Assembly: GCF_000195975.1 (NCBI RefSeq)
Contig: NC_005070.1
Span: 600,001 to 632,000 of the forward strand
Source of the DNA: Parasynechococcus marenigrum WH 8102
GTDB lineage: Bacteria; Cyanobacteriota; Cyanobacteriia; PCC-6307; Cyanobiaceae
Direction of reading: 5' to 3'
Length of the DNA: 32,000 bases
Both the position numbers and the translations under genes were made by a program. A model generated the notes under the pieces. The model saw nothing but the letters and a program-made list of their open reading frames with translations, was not told the origin of the DNA and ran no database searches. Of the stretch, positions 1-8,725 are shown in pieces. Numbering within the stretch: position 1 is the stretch's first letter; the number at the start of each line of letters is the position of its first letter.

Positions 1-1812
<1,812 letters not shown>

Positions 1813-1847
1813 TCACCGCCTCCTGTCATTCCATCGCCGAATCACCG

Positions 1848-2000
1848 ATGCTTGAGCCCACTGACATCCCCCAGCGTCGTCTGCCGCGGTTTGGCTTCCA
1901 CGGTCACACCGAGAAGCTCAATGGACGTGCCGCCATGCTTGGTTTCATCGCCCTGCTGGCGGTGGAGATCAAGCTTGGCCATGGTCTGCTGATCTGGTGA
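1848..2000 (+). CDS. hli: High-light-inducible protein (HLIP, one-helix CAB/ELIP/HLIP family), 50 aa
   Basis: Hand-translated ORF absent from the track (<60 aa): [50 protein letters not shown]. It contains the chlorophyll-binding helix motif E-x-x-N-G-R-x-A-M-x-G-F. Its TGA stop (1998-2000) overlaps the GTG at 1997 of rlmN. Confidence 0.8.
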   Translation: MLEPTDIPQRRLPRFGFHGHTEKLNGRAAMLGFIALLAVEIKLGHGLLIW

Positions 2001-3040
2001 GCCAGATGTTGCTCGGTCGCAGCGCGGCCGAGCTGGAGAGCTGGGCGGTTGCTCAGGGGCAGAAGCCCTTTCGTGGGAGGCAGCTGCACGACTGGCTCTA
2101 CGCCAAGGGAGCCCGATCCCTGTCGGAGATCACCGTTCTGCCGAAGGCTTGGCGGGAGTCTCTCAAGGAAGACGGTGTTGAGGTCGGTCGCCTGAAGGAG
2201 GTGCATCGTTCGGTTGCTGCAGACGCGACCACCAAATTGCTGTTGTCCACCGATGACGGCGAGACGATCGAGACCGTTGGCATCCCCACTGATCAGCGGC
2301 TGACGGTCTGTGTGTCCAGCCAGGTGGGCTGTCCGATGGCCTGCCGTTTCTGCGCCACCGGTAAAGGAGGCCTGCAGCGCTCGCTGCGCACCCACGAGAT
2401 CGTTGATCAGGTGCTCAGTGTGCGAGAGGTGATGGATCGCCGGCCCTCCCACATCGTGTTCATGGGCATGGGGGAACCTCTCCTAAACAGCCAGGCGGTT
2501 CTCGATGCCATCCGCTGCCTGAACGACGACCTCGGGATTGGTCAACGTCGGATCACGGTGAGCACCGTTGGTGTTCCGAAAACCCTGCCACAGCTGGCCG
2601 AGCTGGCTCTGGCGACCCTCGGTCGGGCCCAGTTCACCCTTGCGGTGAGCCTTCATGCCCCCAACCAAGCGCTGCGGGAAGAGCTCATCCCCACGGCTCA
2701 TGCCTATCCCTACGAGGCCTTGCTGGAAGACTGTCGTCACTATCTGGCCGTGACCGGCCGTCGCGTCAGCTTCGAATACATCCTTCTGGGTGGTTTGAAC
2801 GATGCCCCCGAACACGCCGCAGAACTGGCCGATCGGGTGGGAGGGTTCCAGAGCCACGTGAACCTGATTGCCTACAACCCGATTGAAGAGGAGGAGTTTC
2901 AACGTCCCACCCGCGCCCGGATTGAGGGCTTCCAGCGTGTGCTCGAGCGTCGTGGTGTGGCCGTCAGTCTGCGCGCAAGTCGCGGCTTGGATCAGAACGC
3001 TGCCTGCGGTCAGTTACGACGTCGACGTCAGGGTAGCTGA
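1997..3040 (+). CDS. rlmN: 23S rRNA/tRNA (adenine-C2)-methyltransferase RlmN, radical SAM
   Basis: Radical-SAM cluster motif [12 protein letters not shown]-terminal [11 protein letters not shown] block and C-terminal ACGQL. The start is either GTG 1997 or ATG 2006. Confidence 0.93.
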   Translation: MSQMLLGRSAAELESWAVAQGQKPFRGRQLHDWLYAKGARSLSEITVLPKAWRESLKEDGVEVGRLKEVHRSVAADATTKLLLSTDDGETIETVGIPTDQRLTVCVSSQVGCPMACRFCATGKGGLQRSLRTHEIVDQVLSVREVMDRRPSHIVFMGMGEPLLNSQAVLDAIRCLNDDLGIGQRRITVSTVGVPKTLPQLAELALATLGRAQFTLAVSLHAPNQALREELIPTAHAYPYEALLEDCRHYLAVTGRRVSFEYILLGGLNDAPEHAAELADRVGGFQSHVNLIAYNPIEEEEFQRPTRARIEGFQRVLERRGVAVSLRASRGLDQNAACGQLRRRRQGS

Positions 3041-3765
3041 GCTGCAATGAGCTTTTGATAGAGCTGAATGTCGTGTCCATAGGTCAGCTCAAATTGGTGT
3101 CGCACCCGATCGGGAAGCCGACCCGGTTCTGGTTGATCAGTTTGTAGGGCCTGACTCCTGTTGAGATGAGGTAGTTGTTGGCTAAAAGGGATGCCACGTT
3201 GCTCCATTAGCTCACTGAGTCGCTCCCAGTCTGTCTTTAGATTTTCGAGGCAGCCGATGTAATCAGGGAGCCTTCCTTTTGAGTCGCTGATCAGAAACGT
3301 TTGAGGTTGTGTATGAACATCCATCGAGTCAAGGCTCAGTTCACAAGTTAATTCGACAAACTCACTGAAGGTCATTGCCTTCGTGTAGCCGAGGCGCTGC
3401 ATAGCAGGGAAGATCGATGGTCGAAGGATTTTCTCTCGATAGCAAGAGAAAAGCCTTTGTAATGGCTCCCGTATGAAGGTGAAAGTAAATACTTTCTTGC
3501 GAATAGCAGTATATCTGTCTGGTTTTAAAAACATTGCCTCTGTTGTGCAAAGTTTCCAGAAGCGGTCGTTTGTTGGCTCTAGATTTCTTGCTGTGCGGGG
3601 GTTCTTGGCTGCGCTTGTTTTTACTAATTCTGATAAAATTGTTTTGATTGAAGTGTTCGCACACTTCGGGATCCGCGCATAAACGAGCTTGTGCTTGGGG
3701 ATGTAAAGGAAGCCCTTCCCTTTCACGGTCTGTTCGTTCTGCTTGAGCCGGACTTTACGAACCAC
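3028..3765 (-). CDS. Sulfotransferase, family-2 (carbohydrate sulfotransferase-like)
   Basis: 245-aa ORF in a lower-GC patch. It has a 5'-PAPS-binding-like motif RIPKCANTS, the block [18 protein letters not shown] and DVHTQPQ. The last 4 codons plus stop lie antisense inside the rlmN 3' end (13-nt convergent overlap). Confidence 0.8.
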   Translation of the reverse strand: MVRKVRLKQNEQTVKGKGFLYIPKHKLVYARIPKCANTSIKTILSELVKTSAAKNPRTARNLEPTNDRFWKLCTTEAMFLKPDRYTAIRKKVFTFTFIREPLQRLFSCYREKILRPSIFPAMQRLGYTKAMTFSEFVELTCELSLDSMDVHTQPQTFLISDSKGRLPDYIGCLENLKTDWERLSELMEQRGIPFSQQLPHLNRSQALQTDQPEPGRLPDRVRHQFELTYGHDIQLYQKLIAAQLP

Positions 3766-3794
3766 ATCAGACTGTCGCCCAATGTTGATGATCT

Positions 3795-5558
3795 ATGGCG
3801 CCGATCGATTGGGCTCTGCTCGGGGGCTATCTGGTCCTAACCCTTGTGCTGGGGCTGTGGCTGGCCCGTCGCAACAGTGGTGAGGAGGACTATTTCGTCG
3901 CAGGCCGTCGTCTCAGCGGCTGGCTTGCTGGTGCATCCATGGCTGCGACGACGTTTTCCATCGACACCCCCCTCTACGTCGCTGGCCTGATCGGCAGCCG
4001 TGGATTGGCTGGGAACTGGGAGTGGTGGAGCTTTGGCCTGGCCCACGTGGCCATGGCCGTGGTGTTTGCGCCGTTGTGGCGCCGCAGTGGCGTGCTCACT
4101 GATGCGGCGTTCACCGAACTTCGTTATGGCGGTCCGGCCGCGGCCTGGTTGCGGGGGATCAAGGCATTCTTGCTGGCCCTGCCGGTGAACTGCATCGGCA
4201 TCGGTTACGCCTTTCTGGCCTTGCGCAAGGTGGTGGAAGCGCTGGGCATCGTCTCCGGAAGTCCGGCGGCCTTCGGTGTGCCCGACACGCTGTGGCTTCT
4301 GGCTGTGGTGGCTCTGATGGTGCTGGCTTACACCGTGGCCGGGGGGCTCTGGGCCGTGGTGGTCACCGATCTGGTTCAGTTGATACTTGCTTTGCTCGGA
4401 GCTCTTGCTGTCGCTGTCGCGGCACTGCATGCTGCCGGCGGCATGGGAGGACTCCTCGAGCAGCTCGAGGGCATGAATCGCCCGGAGTTGTTGTCTCTGG
4501 TCCCCTGGACCATCGAGGACGGGGGCGTGCATTGGTTGGAGGGGGCCGGCATTTCGGTGCCGATGTTCCTGGCTTACATCGCCGTTCAATGGTGGAGTTT
4601 CCGACGGAGCGACGGCGGTGGTGAATTCATTCAGCGCATGCTGGCCACCCGGGATGAGCAGCAGGCGCGGTTGGCGGGCTGGGTGTTCTTGGTGGTGAAC
4701 TATCTGGTACGCAGTTGGCTCTGGGTGGTGGTGGCCCTGGCGGCTCTGGTGCTGCTGCCCGATCAGGGGGATTGGGAGCTGAGCTATCCCGCCCTGGCGG
4801 TGCAGCTGCTGCCTCCGGTGGCTTTGGGGTTGGTGGTGGTGTCGCTGGTGGCGGCCTTCATGAGCACGGTAAGCACATCAGTGAACTGGGGCGCCAGTTA
4901 CCTCACCCACGACCTCTACCAACGCTTCATCCGCCCCAATGCCGGATCTGGGGAACTGTTGCTGGTGGGGCAACTCACCACGGTGTTGCTGCTTGGGCTT
5001 GGAGTGGTCACGGCATTGATCAGTGACAGCATTGGCACTGTTTTCCGTCTTGTGATCGCCATCGGCTCCGGGCCTGGCGTTGTTCTGGTTCTGCGTTGGT
5101 TCTGGTGGCGGGTGAATGCAGCGGCCGAGTTGGCGGCCATGCTCTGCGGTTTCATCGTCGGTTTGCTCACCACGGTGCTGCCCCTCGTAAGAATTGAGGA
5201 TTACGGCCTGCGGCTGGCAGTGATCACCGGTGTTTCAGCCGTGGTGTGGCTGAGTGCCATGTTGTTGAGTCCACCGGAATCAGAGGCGGTTCTGGAAACC
5301 TTCATCCGGCAGGTGCAGCCTCCCGGCCCCGGTTGGGCGCGCCTGCGGCAACGATTCCAGGTGGAGCCGCAGGAGCGCCTGTCGACGCTGCTGGCCCGTT
5401 TTGTTTGCTCCTGTGGGATGTTGTTTGGCGGGCTGATCGGCATCGGAGGTTTCTTGCTGCATCAGCAGTTCAGTGGTTGGGGAGGCCTTGTGGTCTTTGT
5501 GGGCTCATGGCTGCTGATGCGTCGCCTTCCACAGCAGAATGGCGCTCGAATGGTTTGA
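3795..5558 (+). CDS. Sodium:solute symporter family (SSF) transporter
   Basis: 587-aa polytopic membrane protein. The N-terminal block YFVAGRRLSGWLAGASMAATTFSIDTPLYVAG is typical of SSF proteins. High-GC host-like composition. Confidence 0.85.
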   Translation: MAPIDWALLGGYLVLTLVLGLWLARRNSGEEDYFVAGRRLSGWLAGASMAATTFSIDTPLYVAGLIGSRGLAGNWEWWSFGLAHVAMAVVFAPLWRRSGVLTDAAFTELRYGGPAAAWLRGIKAFLLALPVNCIGIGYAFLALRKVVEALGIVSGSPAAFGVPDTLWLLAVVALMVLAYTVAGGLWAVVVTDLVQLILALLGALAVAVAALHAAGGMGGLLEQLEGMNRPELLSLVPWTIEDGGVHWLEGAGISVPMFLAYIAVQWWSFRRSDGGGEFIQRMLATRDEQQARLAGWVFLVVNYLVRSWLWVVVALAALVLLPDQGDWELSYPALAVQLLPPVALGLVVVSLVAAFMSTVSTSVNWGASYLTHDLYQRFIRPNAGSGELLLVGQLTTVLLLGLGVVTALISDSIGTVFRLVIAIGSGPGVVLVLRWFWWRVNAAAELAAMLCGFIVGLLTTVLPLVRIEDYGLRLAVITGVSAVVWLSAMLLSPPESEAVLETFIRQVQPPGPGWARLRQRFQVEPQERLSTLLARFVCSCGMLFGGLIGIGGFLLHQQFSGWGGLVVFVGSWLLMRRLPQQNGARMV

Positions 5559-5564
5559 CCACCC

Positions 5565-5690
5565 TTGTCTTTTTTTCGAACAACTCTGTTGCCAGCCCTG
5601 ATCGTGGTGCTTTTCGCACTGGCACTGGTGGCCGTCAGCGCCAGGATCTGGCTGCCAGGAGACATGCTGGCTCCCGCTCCTATCGGATGA
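5565..5690 (+). CDS. Possible 41-aa single-TM peptide (TTG start), in the same frame as the symporter directly after its TGA
   Basis: Hand translation after TGA 5556-5558: PP-L(TTG 5565)SFFRTTL-L(TTG 5589)PALIVVLFALALVAVSARIWLPGDMLAPAPIG-TGA(5688-5690). It has a 20-residue hydrophobic helix and G/C-rich third positions. No ATG start and no recognisable RBS. Confidence 0.2.
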   Translation: MSFFRTTLLPALIVVLFALALVAVSARIWLPGDMLAPAPIG

Positions 5691-5707
5691 CATGGGGTGA
5701 TTCATCA

Positions 5708-5747
5708 ACAATGCAGCACTTTGATGGTTACCAAAGTGCTGCATTGT
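5708..5747. terminator. Perfect 15-bp stem / 10-nt loop hairpin between convergent genes (terminator or RNA-stability element)
   Basis: acaatgcagcacttt (5708-5722) pairs perfectly with aaagtgctgcattgt (5733-5747). The loop gatggttacc contains the TAA stop (5728-5730, minus strand) of the KpsT-like gene. No flanking U-tract on either strand, so it is not a canonical intrinsic terminator. Confidence 0.35.
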
Positions 5748-6576
5748 CACCGTCGTCCGGGTCGTCATTCTCCGGCAACGAAGAACTTTCGTACTCTATT
5801 TCATTGTCAATAGAATCGTCTATTGGGGCATCCTTGATGTTGCTCAAATACCATTGATGACATTCATCGATTTTGCCTTCATAGACGATGCTTCCCTTGT
5901 GGAGTACGATTCCGTCCTCGCAATATTGCTGTAATATACTAAAATCTTTATTCGCCATGATCAAGGGCTTGTCTTCGGTGCGGCTATTAAGTGCATTTTG
6001 GAATCTCAAGAATCGCTCCGACTTTTCGTTGGCCTTCAATGCGAAGATCTGAGGGATAATGTAAGCATCGAAATCGAACGCAAGCGAAACCGCTAGGTAA
6101 AACCTTGTCCGCATGAATTTATGGTAGACCCGCAGGGGTTTGTCGAAGAAACCGTCTTCTAGGCTTGCAATGGTTTGAATGACGTCTAAGTCATGGTTCC
6201 GTTGTCCGGCGTGGCCATAAATGCCTTGAAGAAATGCTGCATTCTGTCGGCCTGTTAGCGAGTTCAGTAACCCACCTCGTGCACCAAGCGGCCAGCTCGC
6301 ATTGCAATGAATGGTGACCTGTCCGTTCTGCACAGGAACAACGCCCGCTGCGCAATCGAGAAAGGCATGTGCTTCGCGAATGGAAGGTGAGATCACGCCA
6401 ACTCTTTGCCCTTGTTGCAATTGCCAGCTGACGTTATTGAGTAAGCGATTAGTTGTTTCTTTGGCGCCACTGACGTCACGTACAACACCCTGAAGTTCAA
6501 TCAAGGGCTGATTCGAGATGGAGAAGGGGGGCGTGTTCGAATTCTTGCCTGTCAACGTTGATGTTGCTATTCCCAT
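5728..6576 (-). CDS. KpsT-like ABC-transporter nucleotide-binding-domain homologue with degenerate catalytic motifs
   Basis: 282-aa ORF in a lower-GC patch. It aligns by eye along the whole length of capsule-export KpsT (SWPLG..GG...SLTGRQN, Y..FM.TRF.LAVSLAFDFDAYII, IMAN...L.QYC...IVL). Walker A, ABC signature, Walker B D-E and the H-loop His are all substituted. It has an acidic C-terminal tail. Confidence 0.8.
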   Translation of the reverse strand: MGIATSTLTGKNSNTPPFSISNQPLIELQGVVRDVSGAKETTNRLLNNVSWQLQQGQRVGVISPSIREAHAFLDCAAGVVPVQNGQVTIHCNASWPLGARGGLLNSLTGRQNAAFLQGIYGHAGQRNHDLDVIQTIASLEDGFFDKPLRVYHKFMRTRFYLAVSLAFDFDAYIIPQIFALKANEKSERFLRFQNALNSRTEDKPLIMANKDFSILQQYCEDGIVLHKGSIVYEGKIDECHQWYLSNIKDAPIDDSIDNEIEYESSSLPENDDPDDGDNAALW

Positions 6577-6869
6577 CTTTTTGTAGTGATTTGCGGTTGA
6601 TTTGGCTGCGTCCTAAGCAGGGATTTTTAATCAATTCTATTCAGTGGTCGTTTCGTGAGATGGGTCTGTTCCAGCAGCAGCGTCGCTGTCTCAGCATTTC
6701 ATGGGTTGTCGGAGTCGCTTCTGAATCCACGCCAGCCCGTCCTGTCCTTGTCTTTCTTCACAACCGAGGTCCGTTCGAGGGGTGATGGGCTCACAGAACC
6801 ATCCAAATTGGTGTGGATCCTCTCCGATCGACCTGTTCTTGCGGTGGTTTGTCGACTTACGATCCGGGA

Positions 6870-7679
6870 ATGAGCGACAGCGACGCCAGAAAACGCGATC
6901 AGAGTTTGTCCAGCCTGTCACTGGATCCAGATTTGCTGGCGGAAGAGCTGGCCGCTGAACAGGACATCGACCCCCTTGATGCGATCGAGCCCGACGAGTC
7001 ACAGATCGACTCCCAGGGTGTCGCCAGGGCCTGTGATCAAGGGCTGGTTTGGCTTCAGCAGGGGCATGACCAGCGACTTCAAGGGTTGAGGATCTTCTGC
7101 GAGCACCGGGATCCCCGTGCTGTTCCTCTCCTGCTCGATTTGTTGAATCGGCCCTGCCCGGTGGAACGGATGAGTGCCGTTTATGCCCTGGGTCGCAATC
7201 CGTCTCCTCCTGCCGTCGAGCCGCTGTTGGGCCTGCTCCAGTCCGATGGCAATGCATACGTCCGCAAGGCCACGGCCTGGAGCCTGGGGAATTATCCGGA
7301 TGCTCCGATCCTCAATCCGTTGATTCGAGCTCTGCAGGCCGATGTGGCGGCGGTGCGGATCTGGTGTCCGGGGTCTCTTGCTGAAGCGGGAAGCCGCTCA
7401 CCGGCTAAGGCCGATCCCGCAGCTGGTCAACTTCTGGTCAGTCTGACCATCGACAGTGAGCCGGTGGTGCGCAGCAACAGTATTTGGGCGCTTGGTCGCC
7501 TTTACGAGCAACTGGTGGCTCCCAGGAGGCTGGAGCTAGTGGAGGCACTTGTGTCTGCTCTGCTCCACGACGGTGAGGCGTCAGTCCGTGATGAGGCGCG
7601 CACAGCCCTCGAACAACTGGAAGATCCGACTGTTCTTGAACGGCTGCAGACTTTGATCGATGAAGGCTTCCTGAGCTGA
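6870..7679 (+). CDS. HEAT-repeat (PBS-lyase HEAT-like) protein
   Basis: Repeated units of the type VR..A..ALG......AV.PL...L (RMSAVYALGRNPSPPAVEPLLGLL, YVRKATAWSLGNY, VVRSNSIWALGRL, SVRDEARTALEQL). ATG 6870 is preferred over the upstream TTG 6813 of the track ORF. Confidence 0.8.
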   Translation: MSDSDARKRDQSLSSLSLDPDLLAEELAAEQDIDPLDAIEPDESQIDSQGVARACDQGLVWLQQGHDQRLQGLRIFCEHRDPRAVPLLLDLLNRPCPVERMSAVYALGRNPSPPAVEPLLGLLQSDGNAYVRKATAWSLGNYPDAPILNPLIRALQADVAAVRIWCPGSLAEAGSRSPAKADPAAGQLLVSLTIDSEPVVRSNSIWALGRLYEQLVAPRRLELVEALVSALLHDGEASVRDEARTALEQLEDPTVLERLQTLIDEGFLS

Positions 7680-7770
7680 TCCGCCGCCAGGCTTCCCGAC
7701 AACCTGTAACGGAGGTGGCGACGGTCTTCACGGACCCCGATTAGCATTCGCGCCTCAACACCCTTGTTGG

Positions 7771-7974
7771 ATGCCTCAACGCACCGTTCGTTTCACAATC
7801 CGACCCGATGGTCGGGTGGAGGAACTGGTTGAAGGGGTGTCCGGTGAGGCGTGCCAGCAGCTCACCGAGCGTCTGGAAGCTGCCCTCGGAACGGTTGAAC
7901 GGCGGGACTCCACCGCCGAGGCCTTCCATCAACTCGAGGTTCAGTCCCAGTCCCTTCCAAATCACCTGCACTGA
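7771..7974 (+). CDS. DUF2997-family small protein
   Basis: 67 aa, VRFTIRPDGRVEELVEGVSGEACQQLTERLEAALG, which I recognise as the cyanobacterial DUF2997 pattern. Its stop TGA 7972-7974 overlaps the ATG of the next gene by 1 nt. Confidence 0.75.
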   Translation: MPQRTVRFTIRPDGRVEELVEGVSGEACQQLTERLEAALGTVERRDSTAEAFHQLEVQSQSLPNHLH

Positions 7975-8366
7975 TGTCGCACTTCAGCACCGTCAAAACC
8001 GAATTGCGTCAACTCGAGCCTCTCGTTCAGGCGCTCAAAGACCTTGGTTATTTACCTGATCAAGGAGAGCGCCCTGTGCGTGGCTACCGCGGCCAGACCG
8101 TGACAGCTGATCTCGCTGTTGCGATGGACAACGGCGGTGATCTCGGATTCCGTTTGAACGAAAAGACAGGGGCTTATGAGCTGGTGACCGACCTCGATCT
8201 TTGGAAGCAAACCATTCCCGTTGAGCGCTTCCTGTCAAAGCTGACCCAGCGCTATGCCCTGAATACAGTCCTCAAAGCCAGCGGGATAGAGGGATTCCAG
8301 GTGGCTGAACAGCAGGTCAAGCAGGACGGTTCGATCGAGCTGGTTGTGACCCGCTGGGACGTCTGA
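7974..8366 (+). CDS. ycf35: Ycf35 / DUF1257 protein
   Basis: 130 aa beginning MSHFSTVKTELRQLEPLVQALKDLGY, with RGYRGQTVTADL and VTDLDLW blocks typical of DUF1257/Ycf35. Confidence 0.8.
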   Translation: MSHFSTVKTELRQLEPLVQALKDLGYLPDQGERPVRGYRGQTVTADLAVAMDNGGDLGFRLNEKTGAYELVTDLDLWKQTIPVERFLSKLTQRYALNTVLKASGIEGFQVAEQQVKQDGSIELVVTRWDV

Positions 8367-8482
8367 ACCAGTCAGATCCGATTGATCCCTCCCTGGCGTT
8401 TTCGGCTTCGGTTGATCAGCCGATTGAACGATCCGGGTGTGAGCCCCAACTCGGGGGCTCCCTTTGTGAAAGAGCGGTTTGG

Positions 8483-8725
8483 GTGGACGAATCCGTCTGC
8501 ATCGGCTGTCGTTACTGCGCTCATGTGGCCGGCAACACCTTTGTTGTGGAGCCGCACCTCGGACGCTCCAGGGCCATCCGTCAGGACGGCGACAGCACTG
8601 AATGCATTCAGGAAGCCATCGACACCTGTCCTGTCGATTGCATCCATTGGGTTCCGTTTGAGGATCTCCATACGCTGCAAAGCGATCTGATTCGCCAGGA
8701 TCTGCAGCCACGCCCACGGGGTTGA
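8483..8725 (+). CDS. 4Fe-4S ferredoxin-like protein
   Basis: CIGCRYCAHV plus distal CPVDCIHW cysteine motif. GTG 8483 is the first canonical start in the frame, but the frame stays open and protein-like upstream (see findings). Confidence 0.8.
   Translation: MDESVCIGCRYCAHVAGNTFVVEPHLGRSRAIRQDGDSTECIQEAIDTCPVDCIHWVPFEDLHTLQSDLIRQDLQPRPRG

Noticed and set aside
3837-4589. 250-aa minus-strand ORF antisense to the sodium:solute symporter
   Set aside because: Shadow ORF of a GC-rich membrane-protein gene. The translation is low-complexity (R/H/Q/G/P) and no motif is recognisable.
5246-5857. ORFs 5246..5857 (+), 5462..5665 (-) and 5505..5768 (-) spanning the symporter/KpsT-like junction
   Set aside because: They overlap the ends of two supported genes, cross a compositional boundary, and translate to R/G/S/H-rich sequence with no features.
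6558-6873. Plus-strand ORFs of 75 and 72 aa in the long spacer upstream of the HEAT-repeat gene
   Set aside because: No start context, no motif and mixed composition across the GC transition. The spacer is kept only as a possible regulatory or sRNA region.
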